A stretch of 64,000 nt of DNA from an uncultured Gemmatimonadales bacterium (GCA_963798085.1 CAWCRS010000002.1:1-64000), one strand, 5' to 3'. Positions 40,969 through 52,922 are shown, numbered from the stretch's first letter. The notes: generated by a model from the sequence alone, not told the origin. Numbers and translations: made by a program.

Positions 40969-42936
40969 TCAGACAATGGCGGTGGCGTCCGATGTCTCGG
41001 GGTGGTCCGGCGGCGAGGCCCGCCGCGCGGGCGGCGTGAATCCCAGCGCCTCGCCCGGCTCGGGCAGTGGCTCGGTGATGGTGGAGTCGATGCCCGGGAT
41101 GCCGGCGAACACCTGCAGCGCAAAGGCCACGCGACCGAAGGGCGCACTCACCTGCACACCCTGCACGTACGGCCGCACACGACCCAGCATCTCGCGCGCA
41201 ATCGTGATGCCTTCCGCCAGCCCCGCTTCCTTGCCCTTTGCGCTGGCGCGCTGCATGCGCTCGACGATCTCGGGCGGCACCACCACGCCCGGCACTTCAT
41301 TGGCCATGAACTCCGCGTTGCGCGCCGAAACCAGCGGCCAGATGCCCGAGACGATGGGAATGCGCATGCCGCGCTTCTCGATCTCCTCCAGGAATCGCAG
41401 CAGCTGGTCCGGGTCGAACACCGGCTGCGTGATCGCGTACTCCGCGCCCGCCTCGACTTTCCAGTAGAACCGGTTCAGCTCGTACTCGAGGTCCACGGCG
41501 CCCGGATTGACGCCCACGCCAATGGTGAACGACGTGGGCTCGCCAATGGCATTGCCGCCCGGGTCCATCCCGTGGTTCAGCCGGCTCACCAGGTTGGTCA
41601 GGCCGATGGCATCAATGTCGAAGACGGCGGTCGCCTCGGGGTACGGCCCCATCTTGGGCGGGTCGCCCGTGATTAACAGCATGTTACGGAGCCCCAGGGC
41701 GTGAGCGCCCAGCAGGTCCGACAGCATGCCCAGCAGGTTGCGGTCGCGACACGTGTAGTGCACGATCGTCTCGATGCCCACCACCTGCTCGATCAGGGTG
41801 GCCGTGGGCAGCACGCCCATGCGCATCTGCGCGCGCGGACCATCCGGCACATTCACGCCATCAATGCCCGCGCGCTTCAGCAGCTTCACGCCGGCCAGCA
41901 TCTTCGCCGGCTCGATGCCGCGCGGCGGCACGATTTCCACCGTGGTCACCAGCTGGCCTGCGGCCAGCTTGCGGCCCCAGTTCGAGCGCTCGGCCAGCGG
42001 CATGACGCGCACGTCGGGTGCAGCCGCGTCCAGCGGGTGCGCGCGCACCACCACCCGCCGCGGCGCCAGCGCATACACCGCGTCAGCGATCGCCTTGATG
42101 TGTTCCGGCGTCGTGCCGCAGCACCCGCCCACCAGCTTGGCCCCCGCCTGGATCAGTCGCTTCGCGAACTTGCCCACGTACTCGGGCGAGGCCATGTACA
42201 TCTTGCGACCCTGGATCTCGCGCGGCAGTCCGGCATTGGGCTGCGCCGTCAGCTTGCGCTGCGTCACCGGCGCCATGCGCTCGATGGCTGCCAGAATGCC
42301 CGCCGGCCCCACCGAGCAGTTCAGCCCGATGGCATCCGCGCCCCACTGGTCCAGCCTCGCCGTCAGCGTTTCCGGCGATGTGCCAAACGCCGTGTTACCA
42401 TCCTCCAGGATCGTCATCTGGCAGATCACGGAAACATCGCCTGCCTCACGCACGGCCAGGAGCGCCTGCTGCATCTCCGCCAGGTCGCTGAACGTCTCCA
42501 GCAGGATGAAGTCCGCGCCCCCTTCCAGCAGCCCTTCCGCCTGCTCGCGGAAAATGGCACGCGCATCCGCCAGCGACGTGGGACCATAGGGCTCGATCCG
42601 GATGCCCAGCGGCCCCATCGCTCCGGCCACCAGCGCCCGGTCTCCCGCCACTTCCTTGGCAAGCTGCGCCGCCCGCGCGTTCACCTCGCGCACCTGCCCG
42701 TCCAGCCCGTACTCGCTCAGCTTCACCCGATTCGCGCCAAAGCTGTTCGTCTCCACCAGCTCCGCGCCCGACTTGATGTAGCGCCGATGGATGTCCCGGA
42801 TCAGGTCCGGCTCGCGCAGGTTCAGCTCGTCATAACACCGATTGATGAACACGCCCCGATGGTACAGCATCGTACCCATCGCGCCATCGAACACATGCGG
42901 TCTCTCATCCGTCAGGAAATCGAGGAGCGTTGGCAC
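40969..42936 (-). CDS. Bifunctional homocysteine S-methyltransferase / methylenetetrahydrofolate reductase (YitJ-like)
   Basis: DGAMGT, GLNCSVGP, GGCCGTTPEHI, HYTCRDRN, ITGDPP, AITQPVFD. Confidence 0.92.
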   Translation of the reverse strand: MPTLLDFLTDERPHVFDGAMGTMLYHRGVFINRCYDELNLREPDLIRDIHRRYIKSGAELVETNSFGANRVKLSEYGLDGQVREVNARAAQLAKEVAGDRALVAGAMGPLGIRIEPYGPTSLADARAIFREQAEGLLEGGADFILLETFSDLAEMQQALLAVREAGDVSVICQMTILEDGNTAFGTSPETLTARLDQWGADAIGLNCSVGPAGILAAIERMAPVTQRKLTAQPNAGLPREIQGRKMYMASPEYVGKFAKRLIQAGAKLVGGCCGTTPEHIKAIADAVYALAPRRVVVRAHPLDAAAPDVRVMPLAERSNWGRKLAAGQLVTTVEIVPPRGIEPAKMLAGVKLLKRAGIDGVNVPDGPRAQMRMGVLPTATLIEQVVGIETIVHYTCRDRNLLGMLSDLLGAHALGLRNMLLITGDPPKMGPYPEATAVFDIDAIGLTNLVSRLNHGMDPGGNAIGEPTSFTIGVGVNPGAVDLEYELNRFYWKVEAGAEYAITQPVFDPDQLLRFLEEIEKRGMRIPIVSGIWPLVSARNAEFMANEVPGVVVPPEIVERMQRASAKGKEAGLAEGITIAREMLGRVRPYVQGVQVSAPFGRVAFALQVFAGIPGIDSTITEPLPEPGEALGFTPPARRASPPDHPETSDATAIV

Positions 42937-42959
42937 TATTGCGCTCTCTGGCTCTTGAA

Positions 42960-43644
42960 TGCGTTGCTGGGGCTGGTTGCTCGGGCTGGTTGCTTGGGAA
43001 CGGAATCAAGCGCAACCGCGACGGGATGACCGATCGCTTCGGCGAATTGCCTGAATCGCCCCCCGCGGGAGAGTCGGCTCGAATCGTCCGCAGTCTCCGC
43101 CTTTCTGTAACCTGATCATTCGGGTCAACATTGCGCAGATAGTCTCGAGTCTGCCGTTCGCTGAATCCGCGATCGCTTGGTCGACCAACCGGCTTCGCCC
43201 CAGCTGGTCGAATGCCGTCGCCGCCTGCGCGGCCGAACGTCGCGCGATCCGATAGAACCGCACCTTCTCACGCGGTGCATACTCCGCTACACCCTCCGCA
43301 ATGTTCAATGCAATCGACCAGGTCGCCCGCAGCAACTGATCCGCCAGCGGCCAAGCAGCGTCGCGGCACATGACGCGTCGCTTGAAAAGCCACGTCGCTC
43401 ATTTCCAGCGCCGCCTCATACACCCGAGAGCGGTGTGCGAACGACCCCATGCTGATCCTCCGATGAACAGGAGGATCAGACTAATGATGCGCTCGTCAAC
43501 ATCAATAGCCAGACAAGCCGTCAATCCACCGCTGCTGAGCCGTGAATCTGTTCCCGGCCAGCCCGAGCACGAGCCCTGTAAATGCAGTTGATCCGTACAC
43601 GTCGTTCCCGGGCAACCAGCCCCAGCCCAAGCCCAGGCAACGCA
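42960..43644. mobile_element. Inverted-repeat element carrying a four-helix-bundle gene
   Basis: TGCGTTGCTGGGGCTGGTTGCTCGGGCTGGTTGCTTGGGAACG ... CGTTCCCGGGCAACCAGCCCCAGCCCAAGCCCAGGCAACGCA, between metH and the yitJ-like gene. Confidence 0.7.
43006..43450 (-). CDS. Four-helix-bundle protein (23S rRNA IVS protein family), frameshifted
   Basis: RVYEAA...LADQLLRATWSIALNIAEG...EKVRFYRIARRSA. Confidence 0.85.
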
Positions 43645-43648
43645 GGCC

Positions 43649-46600
43649 TCAAGCCCCGAAGTACTTGGCTTCCGGATGATGCACGACGAGCGCCGCCGTC
43701 GACAGTTCGGGCACCAGCGCGCCCGCTTCCGTGACATCCATGCCCAGACGTTCGCGCGCGGGCAGCAGGCGGAACACGATATGATGCTGGCGATGGTCCG
43801 GGCACGCCGGGTAGCCCCACGAATAGCGCAGCCCGCGATTCATGGGCAGTCCCAGCTCCTTGCGGATCATGCGGTGCACCAGCTCGGCGCTGGCTTCGGC
43901 CAGGCGCACGCCGAAACCGTGCAGGAAATAGCCCTCGCCGTAATCGCCCCCCTGCATCAGCGACTGTGACTTCTCGAGCAGCTTGTCGCCCAGCGTCACG
44001 AGTTGCAGGGCGACGACATCGCGTCCACCGTTTTCGAGCGGCTGAAAGTAATCGGCAAGGCAGAGTTCATCGCGATCGCTCTGCCGCGGGAAATCGAAGC
44101 GCTCGATCGCCCGCTTCGGGTCGGCGGGATCGAAGACCACAAGCACATCGCCATTGGCCGCCGCCGGGAAATAGCCATAGACCGCGCGCGGCGCGGCCCA
44201 TCCGCCCGCGAGCGCTTCCGTCCGGTACCGCTCCAGGCGCGGCTCGAACTCGTCCTTCACCAGCCGCTCCCACTGCTCGCCCTTCGCGTTCTTCGCGCCC
44301 CAGTGCAGGCGGTACAGCGTATTGAGGTCGATGAAGCGGAACACATTGGCAAGCGGCAGCCGCGGCAGCACCTTCACACCCAGGAACGGCGCCTTCGGAA
44401 TCTCGATGTCGCGCGACGGCCCGCCCGTGTTGCGCGGCTTCTGTGTCGCCTTCGCGCGTTCCTGCAGCGCGGCGCGCTTGGCCACACCCTCGCGCACCTC
44501 GTCATGACGTCGCCGCACGAACTCGCCGCGACAGGCCTCATCCACGAGTGCCTCGACGGACGCGAGCCCCTCGAACGCATCCTTGCAGTACCACACACCC
44601 GGTCCGTACAGCTCGGCCTGCGCATCATCCACGAACGATGCCATGCGGCCGAACGACGGATTGATGGCGGCGCCGCCGATCAGCACCGGGAAGCGCAGGC
44701 CGCGCGCGTGCAGCTCGCGCACACACAGCGGCATCTGCTTCGACGTCGACACCAGCAGCGCGGACAGGCCAATGGCATCCGCGTTCACTTCGACCGCTTT
44801 CTCGATGATGGTGTTGACCGGCACCTGCTTGCCCAGGTCGTACACGGTGTAGCCGTTGTTCGAGAGGATCGTGTTGACCAGGCTCTTGCCGATGTCGTGC
44901 ACATCACCGAACACCGTCGCCAGTACTACCTTCCCTTGGTCTGGCCCTCCACCTTGTCCAGGTACGTCTCCACCCTGGCCACCGCCCGCTTCATCACTTC
45001 CGCCGACTGCAGCACGAATGGCAGGATCAGCTCGCCCGCCCCGAACTTGTCGCCCACTTCCTTCATGGCGGGCAGTAACACGTTGTTAAGTACCCATACG
45101 CCTGCGTCGTTGGCGGTTGCAGCCGCGTTGCTCGCGCTGATTGCTGGGCTGTTGCCGGGAAACGGAATCCGGCTCCGCGCCGCTCTCTGCTCCCGGGAAA
45201 CCCGCCCCAGCAGCCAGCCCCAGCAACGCAGTTCGCTTCTCGACCGCCGCGTCGATGAGCGCCTCCACACCCTCCTTGCGCCGATGCAGAATGCACCAGT
45301 GGATGGCCTGCTCGGGCTCCATGTCGGCGGTAGGGTCGATAACAGTCTGTTCCTCGACCTGCACGGATTCGAAGAACGCGATGTAGCGCGCCAGCGCATC
45401 TTCGCGGCGATCGAAGATCAGGTCGTCCGCCAGCTGGCGCTGCTCTTCATCGACTTCCGCGTACGGCGTGATGTGCGCGGGGTTCACAATCGCCATGTCG
45501 AGGCCCGCTTCCACGCAGTGGTGCAGGAACACGGAATTGAGAACCGCGCGCGCGTGTTTGCCCAGTCCGAACGAGACGTTGGACACACCCAGGCTGGTGA
45601 GCACGCCGGGCAGCTCCCGCTTGATGCAGGCGGATGCCTTCGATCGTCTCGATCGCGCTGCGCCGGAACTCGGCATCGCCGGTCGCCAGCGTGAACGTGA
45701 GATCGTCGAAAATCAGGTCGCCGCGGCTCCAGGCCGTACTCCTGCGTGACCATGTCGTGGATGCGACTGCGCGATCTCCAGCTTGCGCTCCGCCGTCTTG
45801 GCCATGCCCGACTTCATCGATCGTCAATGCGACGACCGCGGCGCCGTGCTCGACGACGTGCGGCACCACCGCCTCGATGCGCAGCTCGCCCGTTCTCGAG
45901 GTTGATCGAGTTGACGACGGCGCGGCCCGGATAGCGCTTGAGCGCCGCTTCCACCACGTCCGCCTCGGTCGAGTCGATCACCAGCGGCGTCTCCACGCTC
46001 TGTGCCAGCAGCTTGACGACCGCGGCCATTTGGTCGCCTTCATCCTGCCGCTCCGTCAGCGCCACACACACATCGAGCAGATGCGCGCCAGCCTTCGACC
46101 TGGCGGCGCCCGACGCGCAGGATGCCCTCGTAGTCATCGGCCAGCAGCAGCCGCTTCACGGCGCGCGAGCCCTGACGTGTTCACACGCTCGCCGATCAGC
46201 GTGGGCGGCGGGTCCTGGTGCAGCGCTGTAGGCCGTCATGGCGCTGGCCGCACGCGCTACCGTGGGCACATCGCCGCCGCAGCGGCGCACGGCCCCGCAC
46301 GCGCTCCACGACCGCGCGCATGTGCTCCGGCGTCGTGCCGCAGCAGCCACCCACGATGGCGACGCCGATCTTCGTGACGAATTCCTCGTGCGCTTCCGCC
46401 AGCCCGTCGGGCGTCAGCGGATAGACCGCGACGCCGCCTTCATTGTGCGGGATGCCCGCGTTAGGGATCACGCTGACGGGACGGCGCGAATTCTCGCACA
46501 GATAGCGGACCGGTTGCCGCATGTGCTCCGGACCGGTCGAGCAGTTGAGCCCGACCATGTCCGCGCGCATGGCTTCCAGAATCACCAGCGACGCGGCAAT

Positions 46601-47243
46601 GTCGGTGCCCAGCAGCATGCGCTCCGAGGTGTCGAGCGTGACCTGCGCCTGGATGGGAACGCTGACACCACTTTCGCGGAAGTACCGGCGTATGCCCGCG
46701 ATCTGCGCCTTGACCTCGAGAATGTCCTGGCTGGTCTCGATCAGCAGTACGTCGACGCCGCCCTCGACCAGTCCCCGCGCCTGCTCCGCGAACGTCGTCG
46801 CGCAGCTCCTCGTAGGTGATGTTGCCCAGCGTGGGATCGGACGTGCTCGGCAGGAAACCACTCGGCCCGATGCTGCCCGCCACGAAGCGCGGATATTCGC
46901 TCGTCGCAAACCGGTCTGCCATGCGCCGCGCCAGCTGCGCCGCGACGCGATTCATCTCGAGCACACGATCGTGCAGCCCGTACTCGCGCAGCGTCAGACG
47001 ATTGGCGCGGAACGTGTTGGTCTCCAGCACGTCGCAGCCCACTTCCAGGAACGACGCATGGATCGATTCGATGGCGTCCGGCCGCGAAAGCACCAGGTGG
47101 TCATTGCAGCCTTCCAGCCCGGGGCCGCCGAAATCGGCTGCTGTCAGACCGAGCTTCTGGATGCTCGTGCCCATGGCCCCGTCGAAAATCAGAACGCGGC
47201 GTGTCGAGCAGTTCCAGGTATGCAGATTCCGTGCAGCGTGCAT
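43649..47243 (-). CDS. metH: Cobalamin-dependent methionine synthase (multiple frameshifts)
   Basis: IFDGAMGT, GLNCSTGP, GGCCGTTP, pterin domain LGVSNVSFG, GDVHDIGK, RYSWGYPACPD. Confidence 0.93.
45125..45229. repeat. Inverted-repeat element inside metH
   Basis: GCGTTGCTCGCGCTGATTGCTGGGCTG...CAGCAGCCAGCCCCAGCAACGC between codons for AVEKR and NDAGVWVLNNVLLP. Confidence 0.75.
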
Positions 47244-47258
47244 CCCGACCCCGAATGC

Positions 47259-47288
47259 AAAAAGGCCCCGCAATGAAAGTGCGGGGCC
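47259..47288 (-). terminator. Intrinsic terminator in the metH leader
   Basis: Minus strand GGCCCCGCA-CTTTCAT-TGCGGGGCC-TTTTT. Confidence 0.85.
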
Positions 47289-47314
47289 GGCTTGCTTCGC
47301 TATCCGTGTCCCGG

Positions 47315-47390
47315 CACTTTAGCTTTTGTTTGGCGCGCCTCCGGAGGCACGCGCGGCGGTAGCAAGCGGCCGTACAAATCCATCCGCCGG
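47315..47390 (-). promoter_or_regulatory. SAM-II-like riboswitch aptamer
   Basis: Minus strand GGCGG..GATTTG..CCGCTTGC..CCGCC..[hairpin]..CAAACAAAAGCTAAAG upstream of metH. Confidence 0.7.
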
Positions 47391-47430
47391 TTCATGTTAT
47401 CGGAAAGTGTAGCGTAGCACTTGAGGTACG

Positions 47431-49600
47431 TCAAGCTGCGGCCTCAGTGCGCCGAACAGTCACGATTTCCGCCGTCTGCCTCGAAGCCTTCTGCCCAGCG
47501 CACGGGCAGACGCACACGGAATCGCGTGCCTTTGCCCGGCTCGCTTTCCACACTGCACATCGCCACCCAGGACGCGCGCCAGCCGGCGCGCCACACTCAG
47601 CCCGAGTCCGGCACCGCCCGCGCGACGCGTCGACTGACTGGTCGACCTGCCAGAAGGGATCGAAGATGCGCGCCAGGTGTTCCGGCGCGATGCCGATGCC
47701 CGTGTCCTGCACCGTGAACGTGATCTCGTCCTGCTCCGCTACCAGCGCTGCTGAGAGATTCACTTCGCCGTGATCCGTGAACTTCAGCGCATTCGCCAGC
47801 AGATTGAGCAGGATCTGACGGAGCTTCGTCGCATCCGATTCGATGACCGCTTCGAGTCCGGGAGTCTGCACGCGGAAGCGAATGCCGCGTTCCGCCGCCA
47901 CGGGCTCTACCAGTCCCGCCGCCTCGCGCAGCATCTCGGCGACGCGCAGCCGCACGGGTCGCATGCGCTCGCGTCCCAGCTCGAGCCGCGCGTAGACCAG
48001 GATCTGCTCGATCAGGCTCAGCAGATGCGACGCCGCGAGGCGGATGCGCTGCACGTACGACGCGTGCCTTCTCCGGCAGCGGCTCGGGCACGCCCGCCAG
48101 CATCAGGTCGGTGTACCCCGTGACCGTCGTGAGCGGTGTGCGCAGCTCGTGTGACATCACGGCGAGGAAGTCGGACTTCGAGCGGTTCGCGATGAGCGCC
48201 TCCTCGTACAGCCTCGCCTGCTGGATCGCGGCCGCCGCGCGATTGGCCAGCTCTTCCGCCAGCAGCAGATCGCGGTCCTCGTAGTGAGGCTCGAGCGAGC
48301 CGCGATAGAACGAGATCGCGCCCAGCGTCCTGCCGCCCGCACGCAGCGGCGCGATGATCGCCGACTGGAAATCGAATTGCCGAGCCATGCCGCGTGCGCT
48401 TCATCGCGCGCGATGCTCTCGCGCACGGAATCGTTGATCACGGGAAGAAACGGATGAGGCCCGTGCGGATCACCTCCGCCACCGGATGGTCGGAATCCGG
48501 CGTCAGGTTCTGCGCCGGCGCGGTTCCGTCGGCGATTGCGCGGCCGGATCCACGTGCGCCGCCTCCAGCCGCCGCGTGGCGCCATCCTCGCCCACCATAT
48601 CCACGAGGCAGCAGTCCGCGAACGTCGGGAACACAAAGCCGCGCGACACTGCGCAGCGTGCGACTCGTAATCCAGTGATGCGGCCAGTGCGGAGCCGGTT
48701 TCGGCCAGCAGGCGCTGCGCCGTTCCACGTGCTTGCGCGCCGTGACGTCCGTCGCGATGCGTACCAGACCCAGTCGTTTGCCCGGCTTCATCGCGGATCG
48801 GCGAATCGCTGATGATCACGGCGACGCCGTGCCATCGGGCCGGCGACTTCCATCTCGCCCGACCCAGAAGTCGCCGCGCCGCAGGCGGGACAGCGTGTCT
48901 TCACGCGCCGCCGGCGGATCCGGCATGATGTCGGTGATGCAGCCGCCGCGCCGACTGCTTCGCCGATACCCGAACAGATCGCGTCGCCGGTCCGTTCCAG
49001 TAGACGACGCGCCCGTGACATCGGTCGCGATTACCGCCTGCCCGACCGCGTCCAGAAGCCGAGCCTGGAAGCGCACCGCCTCCTGCGCCCGCTCCACGCT
49101 GGCCAGCGCGCCCGCCAGCTCTCGCTGCTTCGCTTCCGCATCCGACAGCAGCTGGCGCTCCTTGCGCAGCAGCTCGTCGAGGCGGCGCCGGAAACGCCCC
49201 ACGAAAACGATCGTGACCACCACCAGTATGGCCAGACGATGGCGCGCAGGTTGGCCGTGGACTCGCTGTTGGGCGCGAGCAGCGCACCGTGCCACGTCAG
49301 GCTGTAGACTTCGTACAGTACAGCCACCACACCCGCGGCCGCGCCCACCCGCATGCCATCGAGGTACGTCGCGTATGCCACCGCTCCCAGCAGCACGATG
49401 GCGGGCTGCGGCACGGGCACGCCCAGCAGCTGCATCACTTCAATGGCAAAGGCGGTCAGCAGCGTGAGCAGCAGACCCGCCGAATGCGGCAGCGTAGTGC
49501 CCGGCAGGCGGGGCAGCTGCGAGAGCAGCCCGTGCGGGACTTCCTCCGGCGCGCGGTTCCTTCCCGTCTCCTCGCTCGTCGTCCGCTCCATTCGCTTCAT
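47431..49600 (-). CDS. Membrane PAS/GAF sensor histidine kinase (multiple frameshifts)
   Basis: TM helices, LLDAVGQAVIATD, ELANRAA, MSHELRTPL, NLLANALKFT, DTGIGI, IFDPFWQ. Confidence 0.85.
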
Positions 49601-49604
49601 CAGA

Positions 49605-50913
49605 TTAACGAGTGCTGCCACCGCATCCGGCTGCACCGGCAGCGCGGCGGTCAGCACTTCGGCCCCGTCTTCCGTGACCAGCACATCGTCCTCGATACGC
49701 ACAGCTATACCGCGCAGGGCCGCCGGTGCTTCCGTGTGCGCCGCGAATGTAGAGCCCGGGCTCAACCGTGAACACCATCCCCGGCTCCAGCACACGCGGC
49801 GCATCGCTCTGCACGTAGTCGCCCGCATCGTGCACATCCAGTCCCAGCCAGTGCGATGTGCGGTGCGGGTACCACTGGCTGATCTCGCGATCTTCCGCGA
49901 CCAGTGTGTCCACATCGCCGCGCACCAGCCCCAGCTCGACCATGCCGCGCACCAGCTCGCGCTGCGCCGCGTCGTGCACGTCGCGGATGCTGGCGCCCGG
50001 CCGCACCGCAGCAATGCCCGCACCGTGCGCCCCTAAAACAATGTCATACACGGCCCGCCAGGCGCCCTGCCAGCGTCCGGACACCGGGAACACGCGTGTG
50101 ATGTCCGCGCAGTACATTGCGGCCCGCGCACCCGCATCCAGCAGCACGCCGTCCGCAGCACGCAGCGGCTGATCATTCGCGACGTAGTGCAGCACCGTCG
50201 CGTTGGCGCCGCCCGCCACGATGCTGGGAAACGCCGGGCCGCTCGCACCGCGCCGCCGGAACCCGTTCTCCAGCGCCGCTTCCACCTGCCACTCGCCCGC
50301 ACCATCGCGCACAACCCGTACGGCCTCCGCGAAGCTCTCCACGCTGATGCGCGCCGCGGCGCGCATCGCCGTCAGCTCCCCGTCATCCTTGCGCAGGCGC
50401 AGTTCGTTCAGCAGCAGCCCCGGATCCACCAGACGCAGCGGACCATGCCCCGTGCGCGCGCGCCCCCGGCGCCACCGGCCACGGACCGTACCGGAATTGC
50501 ATCCAGTTCCGGACGGCCGCGCATCCAGCCTGGCGTACACCGTGTCCACGTCGCTCAGCGCCCGCCCCAGCTTCTCCGCCAGGTCCGACACCGGCCACGC
50601 CGCATCCGCGCAGAACTGCTCCCTCGCCGCTTCAACACCGCCTCGCACGCCCGTCCACTGCTCCTTCTGCGGGTCGCGCGGCCGTACGAATAGCGTGAAC
50701 GGCGCGCTCGCCGTCATCCGGCTTGAGCAGCAGCACCGCTTCTGGTTCGCTATAGCCTGTCAGATAGTATAGATCGGTATCGACGACATATTTCACCTCT
50801 GCGTCCTGACCGACACGCAGTTCCGGCGAGGCGCCCAGCACCAGCGCCGACCGCGCACCCATGGCCTGGAGCACGCGCTCGCGCCTTTCCGCATGCCGGT
50901 AGCCCGTGCTCAC
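49605..50913 (-). CDS. pepP: Xaa-Pro aminopeptidase (frameshifted)
   Basis: DLYYLTGYSEPE, LHY, DAG, ADITR, HWLGLDVHD, TVEPG, RIEDD. Confidence 0.9.
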
Positions 50914-51677
50914 GGTTTCTCCTGCGGGCCTGACGCCCGCACGCGCACTGTCCAGAAGAGTCGGGTGTCCAGTGTGATCAGCCCCAGGTAATCGCCGGGC
51001 GGATCCTGCAGATTCACCGATTGGCTGAAGATCAGTCGTGCCTCGATCGAGTCTCCCGCCGGTATCCAGCGGGCTGGAACGAAGATAGTATCGGGCGGCG
51101 GCCCATCGGCGCTGATGTTGAACGCACCGTCCTTTCCGCCCAGCCGCAGGAACCATTGCCGGATCGCCGGTTTCGGCTGGAGCGGACTGCTGCCCACCCT
51201 CACGCGCAGGCTCAGGTCCTGGCCCGCCTCCAGCCCCAGAGAATCCGGGCCGGCCCGCTCTACCGCCACCCAATCCATGGCCGGTGGCGGTGCGGTGACC
51301 GCCTTGACTGCAGGCGCCCGCAGGCTCACGGTCTGGCCCACTACGCCGGGATCGGTGCTCCAGCTCGCGAGATAGCGGCGGGTCCCGTTGCTCTGCACGC
51401 TGTCCGGTTCGAGTGCGCGACCCAGCACTTCCAGCGCATTGCCGCTCAACTCGCGCCGGAAGCCGTCCGCGCCCAGGCCCGGTACGAGGCGGGCGTCCAC
51501 GTCCACCGTCCCCCGATCGGTGAGACGGATCGTCGCCTCGATCACCGCCGGTGCACCCAGGTCCGGCAGGTCCGGCTCCACGAAATCGATACAGCCGGCC
51601 ACACCCGCGCAAGCGACCAGTGCACCCAGGGCCGCACTCCGCCTCAGCGCGCCAGGAAGATCGCCTCCATCTCCCAT
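50910..51677 (-). CDS. Hypothetical lipoprotein
   Basis: VAGC lipobox; packed in operon. Confidence 0.6.
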   Translation of the reverse strand: MGDGGDLPGALRRSAALGALVACAGVAGCIDFVEPDLPDLGAPAVIEATIRLTDRGTVDVDARLVPGLGADGFRRELSGNALEVLGRALEPDSVQSNGTRRYLASWSTDPGVVGQTVSLRAPAVKAVTAPPPAMDWVAVERAGPDSLGLEAGQDLSLRVRVGSSPLQPKPAIRQWFLRLGGKDGAFNISADGPPPDTIFVPARWIPAGDSIEARLIFSQSVNLQDPPGDYLGLITLDTRLFWTVRVRASGPQEKP

Positions 51678-52543
51678 GGTCGCTCACTGTGTTGGGGAAT
51701 GACGGTGCCCAGCGTGCGGAACAGCTCCGTGGTCAGGTTCACGGCAAGGAAACGCGTGGCTTGACGGATCCCCGGCACCGTTTGCGTGACGCGCCGGGCC
51801 AGCGGGTCGGTCCACAGCACGGCGAGCTGATCCTCCTGCAGCACGTGGATGCGCTCGTGCGCGAACGCGCGCCTGGCGTAGACGTCGCCATACGCCGGGA
51901 TGTCCGCCAGCAGTACAACGCCTGCGTTGGTCACACCACCCGCGTGAACCTGGTCATGACCGAACGCAAGCAGCTTGCCGCGCGTCCTGAATACGGGCGT
52001 GCCTGCCGACACGCTGCCGCCCGCGTCGAAATGCAGCTCCGGCTCAGCCACGGCATAGATCAGCCAGCCCAGCGCGGCCGCATCCACTCTCGCGCGAAAA
52101 TGAGGGCTGCCCCGGGTTTCGATATCCAGCCAGAGTGGCCCCACAGGAAGCGTCAGGGATGCAGGCGACGACGTTGCCGCGGCTGCGTTTCGTGCCGCTG
52201 ACGCACCGGCCGCCGAAATTTCACGGCCGGCGAACCCCGCACCCCAGAAGCGCTCGGACGCCAGCCGCTTGCCTGCGTAGGACAACGCACCGCCCGCGAT
52301 GCCGCGCACGAAGCCGTCCCCAAACGAACCGCCCCGGAAACGGCGCACCAGGCCGGCTGTCAGCCCGCCGATCACGCTGTTCGCGCTGAACGTGGCGAAC
52401 TCGCCCACCCAGCGCGGCGCACTGAAGACGCAGCCGCCATCGCCCTGCTCCGACCCCGTGAAGCAGCGATCCTGCGCTTCGCCGGGCGACGCCCGGAGCG
52501 ATGCCAGCGCTGCCAGCAGCAGCCAGGCGCATCTCGGCTTCAC
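51644..52543 (-). CDS. Hypothetical secreted protein with HExxH motif
   Basis: Signal peptide; AHERIHVLQ and PWEMEA. Confidence 0.6.
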   Translation of the reverse strand: MKPRCAWLLLAALASLRASPGEAQDRCFTGSEQGDGGCVFSAPRWVGEFATFSANSVIGGLTAGLVRRFRGGSFGDGFVRGIAGGALSYAGKRLASERFWGAGFAGREISAAGASAARNAAAATSSPASLTLPVGPLWLDIETRGSPHFRARVDAAALGWLIYAVAEPELHFDAGGSVSAGTPVFRTRGKLLAFGHDQVHAGGVTNAGVVLLADIPAYGDVYARRAFAHERIHVLQEDQLAVLWTDPLARRVTQTVPGIRQATRFLAVNLTTELFRTLGTVIPQHSERPWEMEAIFLAR

Positions 52544-52806
52544 GCCAGCTGCGCCTCAATGACCGCGACGACGCGCGGCGTCAGTGCGCTCCAATCGGTT
52601 TCCGCCTGCTTGATGACCGTGATGAAATCGTCGGCCATGAAAAGACTCGCCACGCCTTCGATGCCCAGCAGCGCGGACGCCACCGGATCACCGGCGGCCT
52701 GCGCCGCGTTGTAGTACGACTTGGTGCCGCCACCATCCACCACTGGTTTGCCAACCACGAACTTGCCTGCGTTCGGGTTGGGTGTCGCCTGAAACCTCAC
52801 ACCCAT
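52540..52806 (-). CDS. NifU N-terminal (scaffold-N) domain protein
   Basis: ATPNPNAGKF, IEGVASLFMADDFITV, DW. Confidence 0.85.
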   Translation of the reverse strand: MGVRFQATPNPNAGKFVVGKPVVDGGGTKSYYNAAQAAGDPVASALLGIEGVASLFMADDFITVIKQAETDWSALTPRVVAVIEAQLA

Positions 52807-52922
52807 GGACGCCTCCGCACGTGAATCGCGTTGTCCCGCAGAATGACGCGTCCGGCTTGCCCGGTTCTCGCGCCAGCGCATACCTTGCCGCCGCACTTCA
52901 TCACCCGCAACCACGCGCACGG

